The notes beneath the pieces are model-generated. The model had not been told where the DNA came from. It did not search any database and saw only the letters and a program-made list of their open reading frames with translations. A stretch of DNA of 64,000 bases, from the NCBI GenBank assembly GCA_024654625.1, contig JANLHB010000016.1, forward strand, positions 64,137 through 128,136, written 5' to 3'. A program made the position numbers and the translations under genes. This DNA is from Patescibacteria group bacterium (GTDB taxonomy: Bacteria; Patescibacteriota; Minisyncoccia; GCA-002772825). Positions 36,820-46,001 of this stretch are shown one piece after another. Numbering within the stretch: position 1 is the stretch's first letter; the number at the start of each line of letters is the position of its first letter.

Positions 36820-39014
36820 AGCAAAAAGAATTAAAAATTTTATCTTATGTTGTTAGGGGCGGTATTTTCATCCTCCCCGTCATTTTCCTGATTGTTTCTA
36901 GTATGTTCTTTTTTCCTTTTATAACAGGGAAAAATTTTTTCTTTAGAACAGTTGTTGAAATTATATTTTTATTATGGGTTGTCTTGGCTGTATTTGATAA
37001 GAGTTATAGACCGAGAAAGACTCCCGTTCTTCTCGCTTTAGGAGCGACTCTTTTTGTATTATCTTTAGCAACTATTTTTGGGGAGAATCCTTATCGCAGT
37101 TTTTGGTCTAATTTTGAGAGAATGGAAGGGTTAGTGGGGCATATACATTTATTTTTGTATTTTATAATAGCAATAAGTTCGTTAAGACTGAAAGAAGATT
37201 GGCTATGGCTTTTTAGAAGTATTGTTGCCTTCGGCACATTAGCTATTCTTTATGCTTATTTTCAGCTTTTTGGAGCGTTTAAGATACATCAAGGTTCAAC
37301 TAGGCTTGATTCCACTTTTGGCAATGCTTCTTATTTGGCTATCTTTGTTATATTTCAGCTTTTTATACTAACTATTCTTTATCTTAGGTCTTCGGACACT
37401 AAGATAAAATATTTATATGCCGGTCTAGCGGTAATCAGTTTGCCGATACTTTATTATACTGCCACGAGAGGCGCTATTTTAGGATTCCTTGTCGGGCTTG
37501 TTACTTTTGGTATTGTTGCCGGTCTTTTGACTAAAAATAAAAATGTCCGCAGGTTCTCGCTAGGCGCAATTATCGTTGTGGTTCTGGCAACGGGTCTTTT
37601 TATAGCCGTTAAAGATTCTTCGTTTGTTGCCAAGAGTCCAGTTCTAAATAGACTTTCTTCCATATCTTTGACAGAGAAAACGGTTGAGTCCAGGTTCCTG
37701 ATATGGAACATGTCTATAAAAGGATTTAAAGAGCATCCGATCTTAGGTTGGGGTCCAGAGAATTATAATCTTTTGTTCAATAAATATTATGATCCGCGAC
37801 TTTGGGGGCAAGAGCAATGGTTTGACAGAGCGCATAATGTCTTCTTTGATTGGCTTACAACTGCCGGAATACTCGGGCTTCTAGCTTATCTTTCAATATT
37901 TGTCACTTCTCTATTTATGGCATGGAAGCTTTACAAGAAAGGAAGAATGAGTATTTTTGAAATCGCGGCGATTTTTGCCGTTTTTGCCGCTTATGGTTTT
38001 CATAATCTTTTCGTGTTTGATAATTTAATTTCATATTTTTTATTCTTCAGCATACTAGGATATATAAGTTATCAATATAGTGAAGAGGGCGCTATTTCTC
38101 AAAAAATTGATCTAAGTAAAAATGAACCTAGTCTTTTGGGATATTCTGTTGTCATTTTGGCTTTTATGTTTGTTTTGACTTCTCTTTATTTTGTAAATCT
38201 AAAGCCCGCGCTAGCTGCTAAAAATCTTATTGATACATTAAGATATTCCGGGACAGGTCAAAGTTCAAGTGTTGTGCTGGATAATTTTAAACGCGTGATT
38301 TCTTTGAATACTTTCGGTACTGCTGAGGCGGTGGATCAACTCTCTGATTATGCCAATAAAGCAAGATCTTCAGATAATTTCTCAGATGAAGAAAAAATAA
38401 AAATTCTTAATATGGCAACATCTGAAATTGACAAGCAGATAGAGAGGAGTCCTAAAGATTTAAGATATTATCTCTTTGCCGGATCGCTTTATAATAAGTC
38501 CGGTCAAGTTGAAAAATCGCTTGAAAGACTGACTAAGGCGCAAGCTCTTGCGCCGACAAAACAAGCTGTTTATTTTGCTTTGGCTGACACTTATGTAAAA
38601 GCCAATAAGCCGGAAGATGCGTTTGAGGCGGCAGAAATTGCCTATAACCTTGATAGGGACTATGGAGAGGCAGTAAAAAATTTTGCGATAATGGCTGCTA
38701 TTGCGAAAAAACAAGAATATGTCAATGAAATTATAGAGAAGTATTATTACGGTAAGGATATCCCAAGCACTAATCTTGCAACAGCTTATTTTATGGTGGG
38801 TAATTTTGAAAAAGTTAAAGATACTTGGATCGCGCTTGTAAATTCAGACCCTATGAATGCTCAATATCATGTAAGCTTAGCGGCCGCTTATTCAGAGCTT
38901 GGCATGAAGGGTGAGGCGATAAGGGAAATTGAAGAGGCAATCAAATTGATGCCTGAATTTAAAGCGCAAGGAGAGTATTATATAAATGAAATTAAAGCCG
39001 GGAGAAAACCTTAA
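36816..39014 (+). CDS. O-antigen ligase/polymerase-family (Wzy_C) membrane protein with C-terminal TPR repeats
   Basis: More than 10 TM helices. TATRGAILGF and RAHNVFFDWLTTAGILG resemble conserved WaaL/Wzy_C motifs. The C-terminal 250 aa have TPR-like periodicity. Confidence 0.5.
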   Translation: MKQKELKILSYVVRGGIFILPVIFLIVSSMFFFPFITGKNFFFRTVVEIIFLLWVVLAVFDKSYRPRKTPVLLALGATLFVLSLATIFGENPYRSFWSNFERMEGLVGHIHLFLYFIIAISSLRLKEDWLWLFRSIVAFGTLAILYAYFQLFGAFKIHQGSTRLDSTFGNASYLAIFVIFQLFILTILYLRSSDTKIKYLYAGLAVISLPILYYTATRGAILGFLVGLVTFGIVAGLLTKNKNVRRFSLGAIIVVVLATGLFIAVKDSSFVAKSPVLNRLSSISLTEKTVESRFLIWNMSIKGFKEHPILGWGPENYNLLFNKYYDPRLWGQEQWFDRAHNVFFDWLTTAGILGLLAYLSIFVTSLFMAWKLYKKGRMSIFEIAAIFAVFAAYGFHNLFVFDNLISYFLFFSILGYISYQYSEEGAISQKIDLSKNEPSLLGYSVVILAFMFVLTSLYFVNLKPALAAKNLIDTLRYSGTGQSSSVVLDNFKRVISLNTFGTAEAVDQLSDYANKARSSDNFSDEEKIKILNMATSEIDKQIERSPKDLRYYLFAGSLYNKSGQVEKSLERLTKAQALAPTKQAVYFALADTYVKANKPEDAFEAAEIAYNLDRDYGEAVKNFAIMAAIAKKQEYVNEIIEKYYYGKDIPSTNLATAYFMVGNFEKVKDTWIALVNSDPMNAQYHVSLAAAYSELGMKGEAIREIEEAIKLMPEFKAQGEYYINEIKAGRKP

Positions 39015-39031
39015 TCTGTAAAATATAAAAT

Positions 39032-39943
39032 ATGGAAAATAAAAAGATAAAAGTAGTGGTAACTGGAGGAGCCGGCTTTATAGGCTCTCATTTAGTAGAT
39101 GAACTTATCGAAAGGGAATTTGATGTTCACATAATAGATAATCTTTCAAACGGCAAGGTAGAGAATGTAAATCCTAAAGCGGTTTTGCATAAGGAGGATA
39201 TAAGAAACTTTGAAGCTGTTAAAAAAATTGTTGATGGAACTCGATACGTATTTCATTTGGCGGCGCTTCCTCGGGTGCAGTATTCAATAGAAAATCCGAT
39301 TGAGACACATGATGTTAATGTCAATGGAACATTAAATCTATTGGTTGCAGCAAAGGATGCTGGCGTGAAGAAGTTTATCTATTCTGCTTCAAGTTCTGCT
39401 TACGGAGATCAGAATATGATGCCTCTTCATGAAGAAATGCCTGCAAATCCAATTAGTCCTTATGGCCTGCAAAAGTATATAGGCGAATTAAAATGCCGGG
39501 TTTTCAGTAGGGTTTATGGTTTGCCGACAGTTTCTCTTCGTTATTTCAATGTCTACGGTCCTCGTTTTAACGCGGACGGCGCTTATGCTCTTGTGATAGG
39601 GAAATTCTTAAAGCAGAAAAAAGAAGGAAAGCCTATGACTGTTGTTCCGGATGGAGAGCAGACTAGAGACTTTACCAATGTTAGAGATGTTGTAATGGCT
39701 AATATTTTGGCTATGGAAAGTGACAAAGTTGGAAAAGGAGAGGTATTTAACATCGGTGCTGGCAGGAATTTTAGCGTCAATCAAGTCGCTTCTTTAATAG
39801 GCGGACCGACTGAATTTTGCGAGCCTCGGCTTGAGCCAAAGCATACACTTGCCGATAATTCTAAAGCAAAAAATATTCTAGGTTGGGAGCCGAAAGTCTC
39901 TTTAGAAGAGGGAATTGAAGAGTTAAAAAGATTATATCTTTAA
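39032..39943 (+). CDS. NAD-dependent NDP-sugar epimerase/dehydratase (SDR extended family, GalE-like)
   Basis: VTGGAGFIGSHL Rossmann motif, an SSSAYG serine, and a YGLQKYIGE YxxxK catalytic motif. Confidence 0.85.
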   Translation: MENKKIKVVVTGGAGFIGSHLVDELIEREFDVHIIDNLSNGKVENVNPKAVLHKEDIRNFEAVKKIVDGTRYVFHLAALPRVQYSIENPIETHDVNVNGTLNLLVAAKDAGVKKFIYSASSSAYGDQNMMPLHEEMPANPISPYGLQKYIGELKCRVFSRVYGLPTVSLRYFNVYGPRFNADGAYALVIGKFLKQKKEGKPMTVVPDGEQTRDFTNVRDVVMANILAMESDKVGKGEVFNIGAGRNFSVNQVASLIGGPTEFCEPRLEPKHTLADNSKAKNILGWEPKVSLEEGIEELKRLYL

Positions 39944-40021
39944 AATCGCTTGACTTATTTATTTATTTATGATACATATTAAATATATGAGTGTTCCTTT
40001 TTATCAATAATTAGGAATCCA

Positions 40022-40058
40022 AAAATGTTTGCACTTGGCCCGCCTCACGGCGGGCTTT
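40022..40058 (+). terminator. putative terminator after the epimerase gene
   Basis: GCCCGCC tcac GGCGGGC followed by TTTGTGTTT. Confidence 0.45.
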
Positions 40059-40222
40059 GTGTTTCTATATACATATTGTGTTTCAGACGTGTTTCTTGTA
40101 GTATTATAGCTAGGTAAGATAGATAAGATTTTCCAACCTGATAAAGGAGCGATGATAAGCGCTCATATAATTAAACATTTTTGGAGTTAGCCTCATCGCT
40201 CCTTTAGTGGGTTGGAATTAAT

Positions 40223-41170
40223 ATGATAATGAAGATTGAAGAAAATATCTCCTTAGCGCCCTTCACTACTTTTAAAGTGGGCGGTATCGCGCGTTATTTT
40301 GTCTCTGTTTCCGATAAACAGGAACTTTTTGACGCGCTTCTATGGGCAAAAGATAAGGGGTTGCTAATTTTTATTTTAGGCGGAGGTTCTAATGTTTTAA
40401 TTTCCGATTCCGGTTTTGCGGGACTTGTTATAAGGATTCAAATTAAAGGATTATCAATTGATGGTCTGAGAATTGTTGCATCTTCCGGTGAAAGTTTGGC
40501 GAAGCTTGTACAGTCTTCGGCAGAGCATTCACTCTCCGGACTTGAGTGGGCGGTCGGTATACCAGGAACTGTCGGTGGAGCCGTCCGTGGCAATGCCGGA
40601 GCGTTTGGAAAGAGCATCTCTCTTAATATTGAAGAAGTGGAAACCATTAACCTTGATACTTTGGCTGTTAAAAAATTTAATAGGGAAGAATGTCTTTTTG
40701 ATTATAGGGAATCTCTGTTTAAAAAAGATCCCAGATTTATTATTTTGTCTGTCGTATTGAAGATGAAACAAGGCAAAGAAGATGAGATAAGAAATATTAT
40801 GATTGAGAATACAAAGTCGCGCGCCTCGTCTTGTGATTACTGCGGCAAGTCAGCCGGGTGCTTCTTTAAAAATATTTCCTGGGATAATATTGGTATAGAT
40901 AAAGAGAAATTGATCTCAACTTTTCCTCTGTTTAAAAAAGTGGAAAATAAATATAAATTGCCAGCCGGCTTTTTAATACAAGAGGCTGGATTGTCCGGAG
41001 TGAATATAGGAGAAGCTTTTGTGTCAGAAAAGCACTGCAATTATATTTTGAATAAAGGGAACGCGACAGCGAAAGATGTAAGATCACTAGCTGAGCTTTG
41101 CAAGAAAAAAGTTTATGAAAAATTTAAAATTAAAATTGAAGAAGAAGTTCAGCTGGTTGGGAATTTTTAA
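40223..41170 (+). CDS. murB: UDP-N-acetylenolpyruvoylglucosamine reductase
   Basis: FAD-binding FTTFKVGG.ARYF, a later ILGGGSNVL block and AGAFG, and a MurB C-terminal domain. Confidence 0.85.
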   Translation: MIMKIEENISLAPFTTFKVGGIARYFVSVSDKQELFDALLWAKDKGLLIFILGGGSNVLISDSGFAGLVIRIQIKGLSIDGLRIVASSGESLAKLVQSSAEHSLSGLEWAVGIPGTVGGAVRGNAGAFGKSISLNIEEVETINLDTLAVKKFNREECLFDYRESLFKKDPRFIILSVVLKMKQGKEDEIRNIMIENTKSRASSCDYCGKSAGCFFKNISWDNIGIDKEKLISTFPLFKKVENKYKLPAGFLIQEAGLSGVNIGEAFVSEKHCNYILNKGNATAKDVRSLAELCKKKVYEKFKIKIEEEVQLVGNF

Positions 41171-41339
41171 ATTTAAAAAAAATAATTTATTTTAATAATT
41201 TATTTTTTGAAAAGTTATCCACAGTTTTGATTTTTTTTTGTTGTTTTTATTCTCTTAAAGAAAGATAATTATATTAAAGAACTTGAAATAACATTTCAAA
41301 AGGTCGATGTTATTATAAATTTTTAAGTTTTAAAATAAA

Positions 41340-41435
41340 ATGGCTACAAAAAGAAAAGCTGCGAAGAAAAAGACTGTAAAGAAAGCTGCAAAGAAAAAGA
41401 CTGCAAAAAGAAAACCAGCAAAGAGAAAAAAATAA
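41340..41435 (+). CDS. 31-aa Lys/Ala-rich basic peptide (MATKRKAAKKKTVKKAAKKKTAKRKPAKRKK), histone-H1/Hc1-like tail composition
   Basis: The ORF is below the 60-aa track cutoff. It has an internal nucleotide tandem repeat, a strong terminator immediately downstream (41456-41483), and an AAGGTCGA motif 31 nt upstream. Confidence 0.4.
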   Translation: MATKRKAAKKKTVKKAAKKKTAKRKPAKRKK

Positions 41436-41455
41436 GATAAAGCGCAAAGCTTTAA

Positions 41456-41483
41456 CCCCCGCCAAGGCGGGGGTTTTAGTTTG
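41456..41483 (+). terminator. rho-independent terminator
   Basis: CCCCCGCC aag GGCGGGGG followed by TTTTAGTTT. Confidence 0.7.
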
Positions 41484-41513
41484 CTTAAATACATGCTAAT
41501 ATATAGGACTAAT

Positions 41514-44018
41514 ATGTCATTTTTATCTAAAATAAATAATAGCATTTTTAATAAGGAAAGCCCTTTACTCAAAGAAGGCCGAAATCTTGTGCTTAAAATC
41601 AACGATATAGAAATTGATATCAGTACTCTGAAAGATGAAGATCTCCCTTTAAAAACAATTGAATTAAAAGACAGAATATCAAAAGGAGAAACGCTGGATG
41701 ATATTTTACCTGATGCTTTTGCCCTAGTAAGAGAAGCGGCAAAAAGGACTCTTGGACAGAGGCATTATGATGTTCAGTTATTAGGCGGTATAGTGCTCCA
41801 TAAAGGAGGAATTGCTGAGATGAAAACAGGAGAAGGTAAAACTCTTGTTGCCACTCTTCCTGCATATCTTAACGCACTCTCTGGAAAAGGAGTTCATGTT
41901 GTTACTGTTAATGATTATCTTTCAAGAAGAGATGCTGTATGGATGGGACAAGTTTATCATTATCTTGGTCTTTCTGTAGGATGCATAAATCACGAATCTT
42001 CTTTCTTATATGATCCAACTCATGAAAAAAATGACTTGGATAAAGAAAGAGACGAGAAAGGAAGTTACCAAGTTGTTCATGAGTTTTTGAAACCGTGTTC
42101 CAGGAGGAAGGCTTATTCAGCTGATATAACTTATGGCACTAATAATGAGTTTGGTTTTGATTATTTGAGAGACAACATTGTCTATAATGAAAGCGAGTTG
42201 TCTCAGAGAGATTTTCATTATGCGATTGTTGATGAGATTGACTCTATATTGATAGACGAAGCAAGGACGCCTCTCATCATCTCCGCCCCGTCGGCTGAGT
42301 CAGAGGATCTTTATAAGACATTTGCTAAGATTGCCGAGAAGATGAATAGAGAGGAAGATTATGAAGTTGATGAAAAGCTTCGCGCTATATCTTTGACAGA
42401 GGAGGGGATAGATAAAGCGGAAAAAATTCTTGGTATAGGAAATATCTATACCGAGAAAGGAATTAAATATGTGCACCACCTGGAGACCGCCGTTCGCGCC
42501 AAGGCGCTCTTTGAAAGGGATAAAGATTATGTGGTTAAAAATGACGAAGTGATAATAGTAGATGAATTTACGGGGAGGCTTCAGCCGGGCAGACGCTGGT
42601 CGGAGGGTCTTCATCAGGCTGTTGAAGCAAAAGAAGGAGTTTCTGTGCAAAGAGAAAGCCGGACTTTTGCAAGCGTTACTTTCCAAAATTATTTTAGGAT
42701 GTATGAGAAGCTTTCCGGCATGACGGGAACCGCCATGACTTCAGCCGAAGAATTTCACAAAGTCTACAATTTGGATGTTGCTTCTATCCCTACGAACAAG
42801 CCTTTATTGAGAAAAGACAATGAGGATTTTATTTTTCAGACATCAGGGGGAAGGTTTAAGGCAGTGGCGGAGAAAGTGAAAGAGCTCCACGGCAAAGACC
42901 AGCCTGTGCTTGTGGGAACAGTCTCCATAGAGAGAAATGAATATCTTTCATTGCTGTTAAAGAAAGAGGGCGTGCCACACGAAGTTTTAAATGCAAAGAA
43001 TCATGAAAAAGAAGGAGAGATCATAGCCCAAGCAGGAAAGCTTGGCAGAGTGACTATTGCCACCAATATGGCCGGCCGAGGAGTGGACGTTGTCTTAGGC
43101 GGCAATCCTCCTGATAAAGAGGAACAAGAAAAAGTGAAAGAACTTGGCGGTCTTTATGTGATAGGTACAGGGCGACATGAAGCAAGACGCATAGATAACC
43201 AGTTAAGAGGACGTTCCGGCAGGCAAGGCGACCCAGGAGAGACACGATTTTATGTGTCTCTTGAGGATGACTTAATGAGGGTCTTTGGTTCGGACCGTAT
43301 TAAGTCTATGATGGGCAGGTTTGGCATCCCAGAAGACCAGCCTATTGAAAATAGATTAGTCACAAAATCTCTTGAAGCGGCTCAGACTAAAATAGAGGGA
43401 ATGAATTTTGACTCTAGGAAACATATTTTAGAGTATGACGATGTTTTAAATAAACAGAGGAAAGCTATATATTCCAGGAGGAGGAATGCGCTCTTAGGAG
43501 ATAGAGATTCTTTACTTGCTAATATAGAGGATGTTTATAAAAATTATGAGGAGTTATTTGATGTTGTTATTAAAAAAAGAGAAGAGATGGGCGACGAGTT
43601 ATTTTTTAAAAACTTAAGAATGACTATGTTACAGAATATTGATATGCTTTGGCTTGAGCATTTGGAAGCGATGGATTATGTGCGTTCTTCTGTGAGACTT
43701 CGGGCTTTCGGTCAGAGAGATCCTTTGATTGAATACAAGAATGAAGGTTTACGACTTTTCCATGAGCTTGAAGAGACAATAGATTCTAATCTGATAAAAC
43801 TTGTTCCTCATATGGGTGGGGGTGTCTTTATGGAAGAGAAGAAAAAACTTGAAGAAGTGCACAAAAGCGGCGCACTGATAGGTGGTAGCAATCCTCCCAA
43901 GGCGGATGCTCAAACTGGCAATTCCGCAAGAAGCGGAAGCCAGTTTGGCAAAGTCGGACGCAATGATCCCTGTCCGTGTGGTAGTGGAAAAAAATATAAA
44001 AAGTGTCATGGGTCATGA
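41514..44018 (+). CDS. secA: preprotein translocase ATPase SecA
   Basis: DEAD-like motor motifs (MKTGEGKT Walker A, DEIDSILIDEA), preprotein cross-linking and helical scaffold regions, and a C-terminal zinc-binding CPCGSGKKYKKCHG. The start was chosen at MSFLSKI; the track ORF begins 33 nt earlier. Confidence 0.95.
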   Translation: MSFLSKINNSIFNKESPLLKEGRNLVLKINDIEIDISTLKDEDLPLKTIELKDRISKGETLDDILPDAFALVREAAKRTLGQRHYDVQLLGGIVLHKGGIAEMKTGEGKTLVATLPAYLNALSGKGVHVVTVNDYLSRRDAVWMGQVYHYLGLSVGCINHESSFLYDPTHEKNDLDKERDEKGSYQVVHEFLKPCSRRKAYSADITYGTNNEFGFDYLRDNIVYNESELSQRDFHYAIVDEIDSILIDEARTPLIISAPSAESEDLYKTFAKIAEKMNREEDYEVDEKLRAISLTEEGIDKAEKILGIGNIYTEKGIKYVHHLETAVRAKALFERDKDYVVKNDEVIIVDEFTGRLQPGRRWSEGLHQAVEAKEGVSVQRESRTFASVTFQNYFRMYEKLSGMTGTAMTSAEEFHKVYNLDVASIPTNKPLLRKDNEDFIFQTSGGRFKAVAEKVKELHGKDQPVLVGTVSIERNEYLSLLLKKEGVPHEVLNAKNHEKEGEIIAQAGKLGRVTIATNMAGRGVDVVLGGNPPDKEEQEKVKELGGLYVIGTGRHEARRIDNQLRGRSGRQGDPGETRFYVSLEDDLMRVFGSDRIKSMMGRFGIPEDQPIENRLVTKSLEAAQTKIEGMNFDSRKHILEYDDVLNKQRKAIYSRRRNALLGDRDSLLANIEDVYKNYEELFDVVIKKREEMGDELFFKNLRMTMLQNIDMLWLEHLEAMDYVRSSVRLRAFGQRDPLIEYKNEGLRLFHELEETIDSNLIKLVPHMGGGVFMEEKKKLEEVHKSGALIGGSNPPKADAQTGNSARSGSQFGKVGRNDPCPCGSGKKYKKCHGS

Positions 44019-44068
44019 GGGAAGCCTAAAAAACCTTTAAAACCGGGAATTTAAGCCAAAAGCTCAAA

Positions 44069-44098
44069 CCCGATGTCTTACGAGACATCGGGTTTTTG
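44069..44098 (+). terminator. rho-independent terminator after secA
   Basis: CCCGATGTCT tacg AGACATCGGG followed by TTTTTG. Confidence 0.75.
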
Positions 44099-44140
44099 TA
44101 TTACCAACAGAAAGTGTCACGGGAATTAACCAATAAAAAT

Positions 44141-44389
44141 ATGAGCACAAACATGAGAAATTCACACTTAGAAAAATCGAAGCGAAACCAGCAGATCAAG
44201 AAGTTGCTGGCCAGCGGAAGGACTCAGGCGGAAGTCGCCAGAGAGTTCAACATCACTGTCCAGCGACTCAACCAACTGGTGCAGAAGTGGGTCTGGCAAG
44301 GACTCCTCGAAAGGAATGAGGAAGGGTTTGCCATGCCCTCAAAGGTCGAACACCAGCAAAAGTTATCCACAACCAATAAAAAAATATGA
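44141..44389 (+). CDS. small HTH DNA-binding protein (first gene of the phage-like region)
   Basis: The GRTQAEVAREFNITVQRLNQLVQKW helix-turn-helix resembles sigma-region-4 or resolvase HTH domains. Codon usage switches to GC-rich here. Confidence 0.45.
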   Translation: MSTNMRNSHLEKSKRNQQIKKLLASGRTQAEVAREFNITVQRLNQLVQKWVWQGLLERNEEGFAMPSKVEHQQKLSTTNKKI

Positions 44390-44682
44390 ACTACGACAAA
44401 TACCAATTTGTCCTCGACTGGGATGATCTCCCCGAGGACTTCAAAGAAGAAAAGATAACCGAGTACATCGAAAAAGGCGGGAAGCGAGCATGCGAGGAAT
44501 GTGACGGGACCGGCTCAACCTCGATACCGGCAAGCCAAGAGGCCGGCGAGATCAAGGACGAAGAAACCCAAACATGCAGTCACTGCGGCGGATCAGGCGA
44601 GGTCGATCCCGATCCAGAGGATCTTCACCAACGAGAAGAAGCCGAAGATTACATCAAAGCGCACTTCCCGATTTATTTCTAA
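44386..44682 (+). CDS. small zinc-finger protein with DnaJ-like CxxCxGxG repeats
   Basis: CEECDGTGS and a later CSHCGGSGE repeat. Confidence 0.45.
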   Translation: MNYDKYQFVLDWDDLPEDFKEEKITEYIEKGGKRACEECDGTGSTSIPASQEAGEIKDEETQTCSHCGGSGEVDPDPEDLHQREEAEDYIKAHFPIYF

Positions 44683-44717
44683 AGGTCGAATTAATAAACC
44701 AATTAAAAATTACAACC

Positions 44718-44966
44718 ATGACAAAAGCACAATTGAAAAAATCCATCGATAAGGAGATTCGAGCGATGAGAAGCAGAATCACCGACATCGTAAAAAACCG
44801 AATCGCCGATCAGATCATCGATGACCTCGGAGACGAAACCGGCGAACTGATGGGAAAGCTGACAGTGGATTTCGTAGACGATCCCAAACTTACCGATTAC
44901 GCCTACGGAAAGATATACGATGCCCTGCTCGAGGAACTCATTAAGTACCTCAAGGGATCGAAATAA
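44718..44966 (+). CDS. hypothetical phage protein
   Basis: An ORF consistent in strand and spacing with its neighbours. It is preceded by the TAAAGGTCGAA motif. Confidence 0.4.
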   Translation: MTKAQLKKSIDKEIRAMRSRITDIVKNRIADQIIDDLGDETGELMGKLTVDFVDDPKLTDYAYGKIYDALLEELIKYLKGSK

Positions 44967-45001
44967 AGGTCGAACATTGAAAATCTAAAACCAACATCAC
45001 T

Positions 45002-45481
45002 ATGACAAACGAATGGCAAGAAAAACTCAAGAAGTTTCAAGAGGCCAGAAAAGCGAAATCCGAATGGTACGAAAAGACCGGCCGGGAAATCCTCGAAGAG
45101 CACCAGATAACGGCCTGCTACAAGTGCGACTGCCGAGGATGGGGACGGGAGACGAAACACAGCCGAGCCCACGCTCATACCAAGAAGCGAATCGTCTGCC
45201 TCGATGCTGTGCCAAAAGGATACAAGTCATTCTTCACCCTCCTGCACGAAATAGGACACATCGTAGCGGAGAAAGCGGACTACTCGAGCGGAGTGCCGAG
45301 ATCGCTGGCCGAACACAACGCTACCGAGTGGGCATATAAGACGCTGAAAGAACATGGCCTGCCGATCAAACGGAAAGTCAAAGGAGAATACGACAGCTAC
45401 ATCAAAGAAAAAGTCGCGCGAGGTCTGAGGCGAGGATTAAAAGAAATCCCAAAAGAACTTCGAAAGCATTTCAAAAGTTAG
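45002..45481 (+). CDS. putative HExxH zinc-metallopeptidase-like protein
   Basis: FFTLLHEIGHIV contains HExxH. The protein is small, consistent with ImmA/IrrE- or SprT-like regulators. Confidence 0.45.
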   Translation: MTNEWQEKLKKFQEARKAKSEWYEKTGREILEEHQITACYKCDCRGWGRETKHSRAHAHTKKRIVCLDAVPKGYKSFFTLLHEIGHIVAEKADYSSGVPRSLAEHNATEWAYKTLKEHGLPIKRKVKGEYDSYIKEKVARGLRRGLKEIPKELRKHFKS

Positions 45482-45540
45482 CAACTGACTCTGCTCTCGA
45501 TGAATCGAGATCAGAGATGAGGGGCTAAAAATAAAAGCAA

Positions 45541-45737
45541 AAGGTCGACCCTCAAGAATCAAGCACATTAATAACCTTATAACTGTTCCCGACCCGCTTC
45601 TGCCGAAGCGAGAAGGGATCTCCCGCCAAGCGGGACGAGTTGGAGCACAGCTATAAGAACTAACCCAGAACCTCTTCCCGAAAGGGAGCTCGGCGAAAGC
45701 CGAAGTTGGAGCAGAGGGAAAGGAACAAAACACAATC
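45541..45737 (+). ncRNA. candidate structured ncRNA (multiple short hairpins with GAAA/GNRA-type loops, internal repeat GTTGGAGCA)
   Basis: The hairpins are GCTTCtgccGAAGC, CCCGCcaaGCGGG, CTCCC-GAAA-GGGAG and TCGGC-GAAA-GCCGA. No convincing ORF lies on the gene strand. Confidence 0.3.
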
Positions 45738-46001
45738 ATGGAAATAACACTCAAGTCCCACCGGGACTACATGAGTCGGATGCTTGGAAGCATGAGCGTC
45801 CGAGATGCCGAAAGACATTCAGGGTTTATTACAGCCCTATATGCTACCGAGGCCTTCTTAGTCGAAAGGACTCGAAAGGAATTAATTAAAAACAAGACCG
45901 ATCAGGCCCTGCTTAAAAAAGGCAAAAGCCCTGCTTTCGCAGAGCTCTCACCTATCTATGTCTTTAGCATAGCAAACCAGCCTGAAGCGGTCAATGCCTA
46001 A
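45738..46001 (+). CDS. hypothetical phage protein
   Basis: ORF with consistent strand and GC. Confidence 0.4.
   Translation: MEITLKSHRDYMSRMLGSMSVRDAERHSGFITALYATEAFLVERTRKELIKNKTDQALLKKGKSPAFAELSPIYVFSIANQPEAVNA

Noticed and set aside
40071-40170. 32-aa ORF (MFALGPPHGGLCVSIYILCFRRVSCSIIAR) upstream of murB as a possible leader peptide.
   Set aside because: It overlaps the epimerase terminator hairpin, has no RBS, and its composition looks non-coding.
41330-41602. 90-aa minus-strand ORF overlapping the Lys/Ala-rich peptide gene and the secA start.
   Set aside because: It is the antisense reading of the AAG/AAA repeat and gives a poly-Phe/Leu artefact. It also crosses the terminator.
1-44100. 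Alternative genetic code (UGA = Gly or Trp, as in some reduced-genome lineages) in the AT-rich host part.
   Set aside because: Many genes terminate at TGA in ATGA overlaps with the next start, and conserved proteins (SecA, MurB, GT4s) read through cleanly only with the standard code.
44019-44150. tRNA or att site at the host/phage junction.
   Set aside because: No cloverleaf-compatible sequence was found, and nothing beyond the secA terminator hairpin is recognisable. Junction repeats cannot be assessed without the distal end.
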